A DNA stretch of 48,139 nucleotides from Eledone cirrhosa (taxonomy: Eukaryota). The DNA lies in assembly GCA_964016885.1 (NCBI GenBank), contig CAXHJY010001178.1, forward strand, positions 1 through 48,139, written 5' to 3'. This document shows, piece after piece, positions 1 through 19,200 of the stretch. The translations under genes and the position numbers were made by a program. The notes under the pieces were generated by a model. It searched no databases. It saw only the letters and a program-made list of their open reading frames with translations, and was not told the origin of the DNA. Position 1 is the first letter of the stretch. Each line of letters opens with the position of its first letter.

Positions 1-239
1 CATATACATATATATATACATATATACATATACACATATATATATACATATACATATATATATACATATACATATATATATATATATACATATATATATA
101 CATATATACATATACACATATATATATACATATACATATATATATACATATATACATATACACATATATATATACATATACATATATATATACATATACA
201 TATATATATATATACAAATATATATATATATACATATAC

Positions 240-270
<31 letters not shown>

Positions 271-310
271 CATATATACATATACACATATATATATATT
301 ATATATATAT

Positions 311-355
<45 letters not shown>

Positions 356-444
356 CATATATATATATACATATATACATATACACATATATATATATAC
401 ATATATATATATACATATATATATACTATATATATATATATATA

Positions 445-519
<75 letters not shown>

Positions 520-728
520 CATATACATATACATATAATATATACATATAATATATATATATATACATATATACATATATATATATACATATATATATAT
601 ATACATATATAATACATATATATATATATACATATACATAATATACATATACATACATATACATATATAATAATATACATATATATATATACATATACAT
701 ATACATATATATATATACATATATATAC

Positions 729-761
<33 letters not shown>

Positions 762-762
762 C

Positions 763-807
<45 letters not shown>

Positions 808-1032
808 CATATATATATATATACATATATATATACATATATATACATATATACATATATATATACATATATATATATATACATATATATATACATATAT
901 ATACATATACATATATATACATATATATACATATATATATATACATATATATACATATATATATATATACATATATATACATATACATATATATACATAT
1001 ATATACATATATATACATATACATATATATAC

Positions 1033-1071
<39 letters not shown>

Positions 1072-1100
1072 CATATATATATACATATACATATATATAC

Positions 1101-1139
<39 letters not shown>

Positions 1140-1166
1140 CATATATATACATATACATATATATAC

Positions 1167-1213
<47 letters not shown>

Positions 1214-1244
1214 TATACATATATATACATATACATATATATAC

Positions 1245-1303
<59 letters not shown>

Positions 1304-1322
1304 TACATATACATATATATAC

Positions 1323-1381
<59 letters not shown>

Positions 1382-1430
1382 TATACATATACATATATAT
1401 ACATATACATATACATACATATACATATAC

Positions 1431-1501
<71 letters not shown>

Positions 1502-1522
1502 CACGCATATATATATACATAT
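1..1522. repeat. Interrupted (TA)n microsatellite with TACA/CATA variants
   Basis: Nearly pure alternating TA with periodic C interruptions. Confidence 0.98.
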
Positions 1523-1540
1523 AGAAATGGCAATATATAT

Positions 1541-3197
1541 ACATCAAGAAATGGCAACCATCAACCACATAGACATAACGGAGGAGGATGTGGTGTATGC
1601 CATTGATGAAATTAGAACAGACTCGGCTGCTGGACCTGATGGATTCCCAGCAGTTCTCCTAAAAATATGTAAGCGGGCCTTAGCAACTCCACTGAAGATG
1701 CTCTTCAGAAGCTCCTTGGCTAGCTGTGTACTACCCAGGGAGCTGAAAGAAGGCACAATATGCCCTATCCATAAAGGAGGTAGTAGAGCGGAGGCCAAGA
1801 ACTATAGGCCAGTCTCCCTGAAGTCGCATATCAGTAAGGTCATGGAGCGAGTCGTCAGAAAGAAACTAATCACTTTCCTCGAAGAAAATGACCGCCTGAC
1901 TAGCACGCAACATGGCTTCCGCCCAGGAAGAAGCTGCCTTACACAGCTGCTACATCACTACGACTGGGTACTGAGACAACTACTAGACAGCTCACATGTA
2001 GACGTGATATATCTTGACTTTGCGAAGGCCTTTGACAAGGTCGACCACGGAATGATATGTCACAAACTACACGGACTCGGCATAACTGGAAAAGTAGGTG
2101 AGTGGCTGCATGGCTTCCTAAGGGACAGAAGCCAGGCAGTCACAGCAAATGGGGCCCTCTCGAGGGAAACACCGATAACAAGTGGGGGTGCCTCAGGGGA
2201 CAGTCCTGGGACCACTACTGTTTTTGGTGGCTCTCTCGGACATGCCCTCTGTGGTGCATGCAACAACATCCCTCACTAGCTATGCTGATGACACTAAGGT
2301 AGCACAGGCAATCAAAAACCGGCTGACGCTGCCCTCTTACAGCAGGATCTGGATGCCATGTACAGATGGGCGGAAGAGAGCAACATGCAGTTTAATGCTG
2401 GCAGATTCCAAGCCCTGCAGTACAGGCCTGCAGACACAGACACAAATATAGCAGAACACAGCTACACAGGACCAGGAGGGACCGATATCCCCGTGTCAAA
2501 ATCGATGCGAGACCTGGGCATAGACATGAGCGATGATGCATCTTTTTCTTCACACATCATGAAGGTGGCGACAGCATGTAGACGATTCGCTGGCTGGATC
2601 TTGAGGACTTTCCTTACCGGAGATCGAGACACCATGTTGACACTGTGGAGGACTTTTGTCCTAAGCCGCCTGGACTACTGCTCCCAGCTGTGGTCACCCC
2701 ATAGTGTCAAACTAACCACAGAGCTTGAGGCAATCCAGCGAAGCTACACCAAGAGGATTGCCAAGATGAGGGAGACAAGCTACTGGGAGAGGCTGAAGGA
2801 ACTGAACCTCTACTCCTTGGAGCGAGGACGGGAGAGATACGCAGTGATCTACATGTGGAAAATCCTAGAGGGACTAGCACCAAACTTTGGCATTGGGAGC
2901 TGGACCAACCGTCGAGCAGGACGTCACTGTGTGGTGCCAAGGGTCCCGTCTTCCACATCTAGAATAAGGAGCAGGTATTGCAATAGCCTGGGATTCAGGG
3001 GCCCTCAACTCTTCAACAGGCTGCCGAGGCATCTGCGAGACTTGCATGACGTGGAGGTGGATGTCTTTGGGAGACATCTCGACACCTTGTTATCCAGGAT
3101 CCCGGATGAGCCCACAGCAAGACACAAGGGAAACCTAAGGGCAGCAGCAACAAACTCCCTCCTACACCAGTGGCCAACCTATACAGGCTGGAGATAA
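1541..3197 (+). pseudogene. Frameshifted LINE ORF2 reverse transcriptase fragment
   Basis: ORFs 1527-2279, 2182-2451 and 2358-3197 are consecutive pieces of one RT; frameshifts near 2185 and 2320. Confidence 0.9.
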
Positions 3198-3273
3198 AAT
3201 GTGTAGCAACAAGGGCGGTGCCCCAGCATGGCCTCAGCCGGATGGCTGAAACAGGTAAAAGAGTAAAAGAGTA
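1541..3273 (+). mobile_element. 5'-truncated CR1/L2-group LINE (family CR1-a), RT and C-terminus with frameshifts
   Basis: RT motifs across three frames ([66 protein letters not shown]); 3' hairpin TCAGCC-GGAT-GGCTGA; short (GTAAAAGA)n tail. Confidence 0.92.
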
Positions 3274-3743
3274 TACATATACCTATATACATATATCTAT
3301 ATCTATATATATATCTATATCTATATATACATATATATCTACATATACATATATCTACATATACATATATCTATATATACATATATCTATATATATACAT
3401 ATATCTATATATATACATATATCTATATATATATATATACATATATCTATATATATATATACATATATCTATATATATATATACATATATCTATATATAT
3501 ATATACATATATCTATATATATATACATATATCTATATATATATACATATATCTATATATATATACATATATCTATATATATATACATATATCTATATAT
3601 ATATATACATATATCTATATATATATACATATATCTATATATATATATACATATATCTATATATATATATATACATATATCTATATATATATATATACAT
3701 ATATCTATATATATATATATACATATATCTATATATATATATA
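3274..3743. repeat. (TA)n tract with TACATATATC units
   Basis: Direct reading; same unit as 5250-6274 and 10780-11480. Confidence 0.97.
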
Positions 3744-5249
3744 TATACAAGCCATGTATAAAGAAACAGTCAGCAAGGTTAGAATTAACAACGAATATAG
3801 TGAAGAGTTTAGCGTAAAAGTTGGCGTCCATCAGGGCTCTGTTCTCAGCCCCCTACTATTTATTATTGCCCTTCAGGCTATAACAGAGGAGTTCAAGACA
3901 GGCTGCCCATGGGAACTCCTATACGCAGACGACCTGACACTCATAGCGGAATCAATGGCCGAGCTAGAGAAGAAATTCCAAACATGGAAGCACGGCCTAG
4001 AGTCAAAAGGACTTAAAATTAACCTGGCTAAGACCAAAGTTCTAGTTTGTAGGAAAGAAAACAAGGCGGCGGTCCCTTCTGGGAAATGGTCGTGCTCGGT
4101 GTGTAGGAAAGGCGTAGGTAGAAACTCCATTTTGTGTCCTAAATGCAAAGTATGGGTGCATAAAAGATGTAGTGGGATCACAGGTAAGCTAACTAAGAAC
4201 ATAGATTTTACATGTGGCCGGTGTTCTGGTGCAATAAGTAGCAGCAAGTGCCCACACAATACTAGCTCTTTCAATTGCGCAGAGGGTTCTATAGAAATAG
4301 TGGACAGCTTCCGTTACCTGGGCGATAAAATCAGCAGTGGGGGAGGGTGCTCTGAAAGTACTGTAGCTAGAGTCAGAACTGGTTGGAAAAAGTTCAGAGA
4401 GCTTATACCACTATTAGCTGCTAAAGGGTTCTCCCTAAAAATGAAAGGCAGGTTGTACGATGCCTGCATACGAACAGCAATGTTGCATGGCAGTGAGACC
4501 TGGGCATTGTGTGCAGAGGATATACGCAGACTAGAGAGGAACGAAGCTTGCATGCTCCGCTGGATGTGTAACAGTAATATACGTGAACGGCAAAGCATAA
4601 ACGAACTAAGGAAAAAATTAGAGATAAGAGGGATCAGATGTTGTTTACTCGAGAGAAGGCTACGTTGGTATGGACACGCGATGCGCATGAAAGTCGATAG
4701 CTGTATAACAAAGTGCAGGGCAATAAAGATAGACGGTAGCCACGGAATAGGCAGACCTAGAAAAACCTGGGACGAGCTGATAAACTCCGACCTCACACAC
4801 TTACACCTCTCCAAGACAATGTCACTGGACCGAGACCTTTGGCGGTACTCAGTAACAGAGAAGACCCGCCTTGCCAGTAGGCATCTCTAACAAAATACAC
4901 CCCGTCCCACCACCACCACCCCCACCCTATCCACACCACCCCGTCCTATGTAAAGTTATGTTGGTGCCGCGCCATCCGGGCCGAAACAAATGAGATCGTG
5001 TAGGTGTCACGACAAAAAAACACACAGTCCACGCTGTAATGTGGCCGTGTAGGCAACACGGTAAAAACCTCCCAGACCCACACTGTAAATGTGGTTGGTG
5101 TTAGGAAGGGCATCCAACTGTAGAAAACCTGCCAGACAGTCCTATGCGAGCAAGACAATCACTCTTGCCTCAAGTGGGACTACCCCCGTCCAAACCCATG
5201 CAAGCGTGGAACACGGACGTTAAACGTTGATGATGATGATGATGATGAT
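3744..5249 (+). mobile_element. 5'-truncated RTE-clade LINE (family RTE-A, copy 1)
   Basis: ORF 3754-4890 with [45 protein letters not shown]; 3' UTR ending GGACGTTAAACGT(TGA)n; near-identical to 32941-34472. Confidence 0.95.
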
Positions 5250-6274
5250 ACATATATCTATATATATATACATATATCTATATATATATATATACATATA
5301 TCTATATATATATACATATATCTATATATATATATACATATATCTATATATATATATACATATATCTATATATATATACATATATCTATATATATATACA
5401 TATATCTATATATATATACATATATCTATATATATATACATATATCTATATATCTATATATATATATCTATATATATATACATATATCTATATATATATA
5501 TATCTATATATATATACATATATCTATATATATCTATATATATCTACATATATCTATATATATCTACATATATCTATATATATATAAATATATCTATATA
5601 TATATAAATATATCTATATATATATACATATATCTATATATATATACATATATCTATATAGATATACATATATCTATATATATATACATATATCTATATA
5701 TATATACATATATCTATATACATATACATATATCTATATATATATACATATATCTATATATATATACATATACCTATATACATATACATATATCTATATA
5801 CATATACATATATCTATATACATATACATATATCTATATACATATACATATATCTATATACATATACATATATCTATATACATATACATATGTCTATATA
5901 CATATACATATATCTATATATATATACATATATCTATATATACATATATCTATATATACATATATCTATATATATATACATATATCTATATATATATACA
6001 TATATCTATATATATATACATATATCTATATATATATACATATATCTATATATATATACATATATCTATATATATATACATATATACATATATCTATATA
6101 TATATATACATATATCTATATATCTATATATATATACATATATACATATATCTATATATATATATACATATATCTATATATATATATATACATATATCTA
6201 TATATATATATATATCTATATATATATATATATCTATATATATATATATACATATATCTATATATATATATACA
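5250..6274. repeat. (TA)n tract with TACATATATC units and a local ~20-bp higher-order repeat
   Basis: Direct reading. Confidence 0.97.
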
Positions 6275-6361
6275 TAACTTTGAATAACTTTGAAATGTTT
6301 TGGCCAGTATTGGCCCAGGCCATGTCTAACTTAATAGCACCACCTGGCGAAGTCTTTCAAT

Positions 6362-9300
6362 TCAGGATTTGGGCACCATGGCCCATTCGAGAAGAGAATT
6401 ACTGTTTGCGGAGACATATCCGGGTGTGGGTGGTTTGTCCGGGATTACTTGGAGGAATTTGTCCAAAGACTTCTTGAATCTTGTGTGGTCAGTTTCTGTT
6501 TTGACGTGTCCTGGTGTGATGTTGAAGAGAGCAGGGCCGATTGAGGTGAAATAATTGTGCCGTATTGTTGTTATGAGTTGCGATTTAGATTTTTGAATGG
6601 GACGGATAGCACGGGGCCCAAGCCTTGGGTGTATCTTGAAGGCGATGCCAACATCATTTGGGCAGTGATGATGGAACATTTTCCACATCATGCAGATAAT
6701 ATAACGCTCACGGCGACGTTGGAGTGAGTAAAGTTTCAGGTTTTCCAATCGACCCCAGTAGTCAAGGTCTGACATGCCATCTATCTTTTTCGTGATTGCC
6801 CTTTGAGGAGCTTCAAGTTTCATGATACTTTGTTTCGTGTGGGGAGACCACAGTGGACAACAGTATTCAAGGTGTGGTCGGGCGAAAGTAGAGAAGAGAA
6901 GGATAATGGTGCGGGAATCTCTCGACTGGAAGGTTCTGAGGATCCAGGAACACATTCTGCGGGCCATGTCAACTTTGCTGCTTATATGCGTGGTCCAGCT
7001 TATGTTGCTGTCCACGGTTACTCCCAAGTCTCTGATGTTGTTAGATGCCACGAGAGTTTCCCCGGAGGGAAGGGAGTACGGGAGTTTCAGAGCATCCTCT
7101 TTTCCAAAGTGGATCAGTTCGAATTTGTCTTCGTTCAGTAACATGTTGTTCTTTTCTGCCCATTGGGTAACAGCCAGTAGGTCTGACTGAAGGCTTATCC
7201 GGTCATCCACGCCATTGATGACCTTTTGGAGCTTGGAATCATCAGCGAAAATTTTAATGTTGCTGTGTTTGATGATGTCAGTGATGTCATTAATATAGAT
7301 GATGAAGAGAAGTGGGCCCAACACAGTGCCTTGTGGGACTCCACTACTGACTTTGGCTGGGCTTGATTTGACTCCCTCAACTACAACATGTTGGGTTCTG
7401 TTTGACAGGAAGCTCTTGATCCACTGCAGCAGCTTTCCAGTGACACCAATATTGGACAGCTTTCTCAGTAGAATGTTATGATCAACCCTGTCAAAGGCCT
7501 TGCTGAAATCAAGGTAGATAACATCAGTGTTGGAACCCTCTCCCAAGGCTCTCAAAATGTCATCAAAGTGATGCAGTAGTTGCGTCAGGCAATCCCTTCC
7601 ATTACGGAATCCATGCTGGTTGGAGTTCAGCATATTGTTACTCTCAAGGAAGTGGGTCATTCGCGATCTCACCACTCGCTCAAATACCTTAATGATATGA
7701 GAGGTGAGTGAGATTGGACGGTAATTCACGGCAAGGGATTTGTTTCCCTTTTTGAAAACTGGGACAACAGACTGGGATAGAAGGTTTTCTGGCACATATC
7801 CAGCATCCAGTGAGTTCCGCCACAGATTGGCAAGAGGAGAAGCAAGTTGGTGTTGACACGCCTTCAAGACACAAGCAGGGAACCTATCGGGACCTACTGC
7901 TGAATTATGTTTGATTTCCTTTATTGCCGCCAAGACATCAGGGGCGCCAAACGTTATGTCCGATAAGGTGTAATGGGGAGTAACATCGCCGATACAGCCC
8001 AGATCGGCCATATCAGGATTGCTGAAAACAGAGCAGTATTGTTTCTGCAGTATCTCACCCATGGTTTTAGCATTGTCTTGAAGAGTGCCATTTTCATCAA
8101 TTAGAGGGCCAACAGTAGAGCCAGTGATTTTGTGTTTTTTTGCAAATGAAAAGAACACTTTGGGATTGAGTTTGATCTTCTCAATGGTCCAGGCCTCTTC
8201 AGCTCTTCTCTGATTGTTGATGAGGGACATTATGTTGTTTTGGAGGTTATGTTTTTTAATCTCTAGTGATGAAATGGCAGTCAAGTTGATGTGTTGCTGC
8301 TGACAGTATTTCAGCTTGTTGATTTTTTTGTTCGTTCTCTTAATTTTTCTGATGAGTGTTTTTCTATTTCTAGGGATTCTGCTCTTAGATTTGTTTATAG
8401 TTCTTAATGGGGTGTGTTTAGCACATATGTTTGTAACAGTGTCCACAAAAGTCTGCCAGGACTTTTTGATGTTAGTGGGTGTATGAGTGTGCGTGAAGGA
8501 CCAGTCGACATGTGCAAGATCATGACTGATCGCTTCCCAGTTTGCATTGTGGAAATCCATAGCGTCAAACGGATGGACAGGAGAAATGACATTGGGTTTG
8601 TATATTGGACGGTGGAATCTCAGATCACAGAGAACCATGTCATGATCAGAGAGTAGAGTTTTCTCCACTGCAATATTGTGGATATTGTCAGTGTGATTGC
8701 TGAAAATTAAGTCTAGGACGTTTTTGTGGCACCTCGTTGGTTCGAGCACTAGTTGGGATAGGAAGAAATCATCCATGAAGTCAAGAAGCGATTCCACAGC
8801 TTCCCTGTCAGAGGTTGAGGCAGAAGAACCTGGTGGCAGGGTGTTTGTGGACCAGTCAACTCCGGGGAGGTTGAAGTCCCCCATCATTAAGATGTTGTCA
8901 GGGTGACACTCTTGGATGAAACACTTTATGCTGTTGAGGCATTCCTTGAAGCATGGTACAGGCGTTTGGGATGGCCTATAGAGCCCAACTACTAATAGGT
9001 TGTTGGTTTGACTGAATACAGTGACTGCCTCACAGTATCCATTAGTGAATATGTTCATAGCCTCTGTTGAGAAAGAATTATGGACATAAATGGCAGTTCC
9101 GCCCTTTCTTCTGCCAGCGCGATCAGCACGGATGGCTTTGAAATTTTTCACTTTCACCTCGGCTTCCAAGTGGAGGTTACTGAGATGGGTTTCAGTGAGG
9201 ACGAAGAAAGGGATGTGGTTTGGATGGACATCAATCCAGTCCTCCAGGAATTTGATCTTCCATTTTTGAGTATTGGTGGAAGGGCTGATGCCTTGGGCGT

Positions 9301-9499
9301 TAAGCAAAAATGTAGAGGCGAGAGTGGATGGTTTTAATTGTTTTGGTGTGTTGTTAATTTGTTTGTTTGTTAATGGCAGCAATGGGAGTTTGTGCAGTGG
9401 GGTGATAGTGGAGGGTGGTGCTGGGTGATAGCTCGAATGTTTTTTTCCAGTTCTTTTGCCAGATTCATTATGGCTAAAAAAGAGGAAGAAGTTTCCTGT
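6362..9499 (-). CDS. LINE ORF2: apurinic-like endonuclease + reverse transcriptase (frame open from 9499; no AUG before the APE motifs)
   Basis: APE motifs LLNAQG, LTETHL, GGTAIY, GLYRP, MGDFN, LDLIF, SDH; RT motifs [46 protein letters not shown]. The ORF-track start at 9382 is a TTG; upstream in-frame TAA at 9502-9500. Confidence 0.93.
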   Translation of the reverse strand, partial: TGNFFLFFSHNESGKRTGKKHSSYHPAPPSTITPLHKLPLLPLTNKQINNTPKQLKPSTLASTFLLNAQGISPSTNTQKWKIKFLEDWIDVHPNHIPFFVLTETHLSNLHLEAEVKVKNFKAIRADRAGRRKGGTAIYVHNSFSTEAMNIFTNGYCEAVTVFSQTNNLLVVGLYRPSQTPVPCFKECLNSIKCFIQECHPDNILMMGDFNLPGVDWSTNTLPPGSSASTSDREAVESLLDFMDDFFLSQLVLEPTRCHKNVLDLIFSNHTDNIHNIAVEKTLLSDHDMVLCDLRFHRPIYKPNVISPVHPFDAMDFHNANWEAISHDLAHVDWSFTHTHTPTNIKKSWQTFVDTVTNICAKHTPLRTINKSKSRIPRNRKTLIRKIKRTNKKINKLKYCQQQHINLTAISSLEIKKHNLQNNIMSLINNQRRAEEAWTIEKIKLNPKVFFSFAKKHKITGSTVGPLIDENGTLQDNAKTMGEILQKQYCSVFSNPDMADLGCIGDVTPHYTLSDITFGAPDVLAAIKEIKHNSAVGPDRFPACVLKACQHQLASPLANLWRNSLDAGYVPENLLSQSVVPVFKKGNKSLAVNYRPISLTSHIIKVFERVVRSRMTHFLESNNMLNSNQHGFRNGRDCLTQLLHHFDDILRALGEGSNTDVIYLDFSKAFDRVDHNILLRKLSNIGVTGKLLQWIKSFLSNRTQHVVVEGVKSSPAKVSSGVPQGTVLGPLLFIIYINDITDIIKHSNIKIFADDSKLQKVINGVDDRISLQSDLLAVTQWAEKNNMLLNEDKFELIHFGKEDALKLPYSLPSGETLVASNNIRDLGVTVDSNISWTTHISSKVDMARRMCSWILRTFQSRDSRTIILLFSTFARPHLEYCCPLWSPHTKQSIMKLEAPQRAITKKIDGMSDLDYWGRLENLKLYSLQRRRERYIICMMWKMFHHHCPNDVGIAFKIHPRLGPRAIRPIQKSKSQLITTIRHNYFTSIGPALFNITPGHVKTETDHTRFKKSLDKFLQVIPDKPPTPGYVSANSNSLLEWAMVPKS

Positions 9500-10551
9500 T
9501 TAGAAGACTGTTGGTGACTGTGGTAGTGGTTATTTTTATGTAGGTTATGGTTTTTGTTTTTGCTTTTATTTTTAATTTTATTTTCATTTATCCGACGGGT
9601 CCCCGGGAGATGGGTAAAGGGACAATCCCGGTCTAAACACAATCTGTCTCGCAGGGAAAAACGGCAGATTTGTGGATTCCTTGTTTGAGTTATTGGTGGT
9701 TGTGTTGGTGTTAAATTAGAGTATGTATTATGGTGGTGGCTGTTTGTGGGGATAGATCGTTTTGTCCTAGGTAAATGGGTGAATTTGCAGCCACTATCCG
9801 TACATATTCTATAGCGTAGAGAGTAGCGGCAAATGATGGGGTTTCGAGTGGGTGGGTATGTGGGTGTGGGTGTTGTGAGAGGTGTAGATGATGGTTTGGG
9901 TAGGATTTGATGACCTTTGTGGACTGTGGGAGGGAGAGTTCTTGTTCTGGTATTAGAAGGTAAATTCCTTGACATAGCAGTAGACAAAAATGTTGTAGTA
10001 GTAGTAGTAGTAGTAGGCAGAGATGTTGGCAGTGGTGATGATTGGACTGCTGGGCCAGAGAAAGGATGTGGCGTTTCATGCTGTGAGACAGAGGCTACTG
10101 GGGGGTCAATAGTTTCATTTAGTAGATCGGCCATTGTTGATGAATCAAGGAGTGGTTCACACTGTTGTTGTCGTTGTTGTTGTTGTTGTTGCTGTTGTTG
10201 TTGTTGTAGCTGTTGTTGTTGTTGTTGTTGCTGTTGTAGCTGCTGTTGTTGTTGTTGCTGTTGTAGCTGCTGTTGTTGTTGTTGCTGCTGCTGGACAGCA
10301 TTCAAAGAGAAAACACACCGTAGTTTATCCAAATGTTTATTGATTAATTTAAAAGCAATTTCGATTTGCTTTAATTTATTTTGAATCTGTTGTTCAGATC
10401 GAGTTTTCAAAAATTGAACTGTACGTTTAGCAATGTCGTTCAGAGATGAAGCATCTATATTTTCTGTTTGGGAAAGGCAATGCCATGTGTTTATTAGAAT
10501 GTCGATTTCATTATCAGACCAGTTCTGTTTGGATTTTTGCTGGTTAGCCAT
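9370..10551 (-). CDS. LINE ORF1: Myb/SANT-like (trihelix-type) N-terminus, polyQ, two CCCH zinc fingers
   Basis: 393-aa ATG-initiated ORF; WSDNEIDILINTW...IA...RSEQQIQNKLKQI pattern; (CAA/CAG)n; CRYSLRYRICTDSGCKFTH and CRFSLRDRLCLDRDCPFTH (C-x8-C-x4-C-x3-H). Confidence 0.85.
   Translation of the reverse strand: MANQQKSKQNWSDNEIDILINTWHCLSQTENIDASSLNDIAKRTVQFLKTRSEQQIQNKLKQIEIAFKLINKHLDKLRCVFSLNAVQQQQQQQQQLQQQQQQQQLQQQQQQQQQLQQQQQQQQQQQRQQQCEPLLDSSTMADLLNETIDPPVASVSQHETPHPFSGPAVQSSPLPTSLPTTTTTTTTFLSTAMSRNLPSNTRTRTLPPTVHKGHQILPKPSSTPLTTPTPTYPPTRNPIICRYSLRYRICTDSGCKFTHLPRTKRSIPTNSHHHNTYSNLTPTQPPITQTRNPQICRFSLRDRLCLDRDCPFTHLPGTRRINENKIKNKSKNKNHNLHKNNHYHSHQQSSKQETSSSFLAIMNLAKELEKNIRAITQHHPPLSPHCTNSHCCH
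10163..10292 (-). repeat. (CAA/CAG)n trinucleotide repeat encoding polyQ within ORF1
   Basis: TGT/TGC run on plus strand. Confidence 0.95.
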
Positions 10552-10779
10552 TCTAGTTTTGAGTGTGTGTGTGTTTTAGTTAAGTATTTCAATATATATA
10601 TATATTTTTTTTTTTTTTTTAAATTTATTTTTGATTTATTTTTGTTTTTTGTTTTTCTTGTGTGTGAGTGAGAAGCGTATATATATAAATATGAGTATAT
10701 ATATATATATATATGTATATTCTGGTTATTTGAAATTAATTAAGTTAATGAAAAGACGAAAGTATATAATAATAATTAT

Positions 10780-11072
10780 GTATCTATATATATATATACA
10801 TATATCTATATATACATATATCTATATATATATATACATATATCTATATATACATATACATATATCTATATATACATATATCTATATATATATATACATA
10901 TATCTATATATACATATACATATATCTATATATACATATACATATATATATATATATCTATATATACATATATCTATATATATATATACATATATCTATA
11001 TATACATATATCTATATATATATATACATATATCTATATATACATATATCTATATATATATATACATATATC
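10780..11072. repeat. (TA)n tract with TACATATATC units
   Basis: Direct reading. Confidence 0.97.
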
Positions 11073-11277
11073 TAATAGGAACCAGTAGGACCCCGACAGC
11101 TGAGCTCAAGCCGTTTCGACGGCTAATTCTGGACTGGAGTCCAGAATTAGCCGTCGAAACGGCTTGAGCTCAGCTGTCGGGGTCCTACTGGTTCCTATTA
11201 CCCACTCTACTACCTCAAGTATTGAGTACTTTGGTGCGTTATGGTCCACCTGGTTCCTTACCACATTTCCTTCGTTA
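11073..11277 (+). mobile_element. Fold-back Penelope-like pseudo-LTR fragment: perfect 63-bp inverted repeat plus 77-bp unique 3' end
   Basis: Arms 11073-11135 and 11138-11200 are exact reverse complements with a GG spacer; the arm holds the 3' half of a hammerhead (GAAA-CGGC-TTGAGCTCA-GCTG-TC-GGGG). The PLE assignment is inferred. Confidence 0.75.
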
Positions 11278-11776
11278 TACATATATCTATATATATATAC
11301 ATATATCTATACATATATATACATATATCTATACATATATATACATATATCTATACATATATCTATACATATATACATATATCTATATATATATATACAT
11401 ATATACACATATATCTATACATATATACATATATCTATATATATATACACATATATCTATACATATATACACATATATCTATATATATATACATATATAT
11501 ATATACACATATATATATATACATATACACATATATATATACATATATACATAAATACATATATATATATACATATATACATATACATATATACATATAT
11601 ACATATACATATATACATATATACATATATATATATACATATATACATATATACATATATATATATACATATATACATATATATATATATACATATATAT
11701 ACATATACATATATATATATACATATATATATATATACATATATATATATACATATATATATATACATATATATAC

Positions 11777-11807
<31 letters not shown>

Positions 11808-11818
11808 CATATATATAC

Positions 11819-11865
<47 letters not shown>

Positions 11866-12061
11866 CATACATATATATATATACATATATATATATACAT
11901 ATATATATATACATATATATATATACATATATATATATATACATATATATATATACATATACACATATACACATATATATATATACATATACACATATAC
12001 ACATATACATATATATATACATATACATATATACACATATACACATATACATATATACATA

Positions 12062-12099
<38 letters not shown>

Positions 12100-12101
12100 C
12101 A
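11278..12101. repeat. (TA)n tract, TATC units grading into TACA units
   Basis: Direct reading. Confidence 0.97.
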
Positions 12102-12728
12102 CACCATTATCCTCCTCTTCTCTACTTTTGCCCGACCACACCTTCAATACTGTTGTCCACTGTGGTCTCCCCACACGAAACAAAGTATCATGAAACTTGA
12201 AGCTCCTCAAAGGGCAATCACGAAAAAGATAGATGGCATGTCAGACCTTGACTACTGGGGTCGACTAGAAAACCTGAAACTTTACTCACTACAACGTCGC
12301 CGTGAGCGTTATATTATCTGCATGATGTGGAAAATGTTCCATCATCACTGCCCAAATGATGTTGGCATCGCCTTCAAGATACATCCAAGGTTTGGGCCCC
12401 GTGCTATCCGTCCCATTCAAAAATCTAAATCGCAACTCATAACAACAATACGGTACAATTATTTCACCTCAATCGGCCCTGCTCTCTTCAACATCACACC
12501 AGGACACGTCAAAACAGAAACTGACCACACAAAATTCAAGAAGTCTTTGGACAAATTCCTCCAAGTAATCCCGGACAAACCACCCACACCCGGATATGTC
12601 TCCGCAAACAGTAATTCTCTTCTCGAATGGGCCATGGTGCCCAAATCCTGAATTGAAAGACTTCGCCAGGTGGTGCTATTAAGTTAGACATGGCCTGGGC
12701 CAATACTGGCCAAAACATTTCAAAGTTA
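12102..12728 (+). mobile_element. 5'-truncated 3' fragment of family CR1-b
   Basis: Reverse complement of ~6285-6910 with about 9 substitutions counted by eye; ends TTCAAAGTTA. Confidence 0.95.

Positions 12729-19200
<6,472 letters not shown>

Larger units (their letters stand above)
6275..10779 (-). mobile_element. Apparently full-length two-ORF CR1/L2-group LINE (family CR1-b)
   Basis: AT-rich 5' UTR, intact ORF1, intact APE-RT ORF2, short 3' UTR with GGCCA-ATAC-TGGCC hairpin, (TTCAAAGTTA)2 tail, same-type TA tract on both sides; 5' boundary approximate. Confidence 0.93.

Noticed and set aside
9917-10384. Poly-Cys/poly-Val ORFs on the plus strand
   Set aside because: Antisense reading of the ORF1 polyQ/polyT repeats
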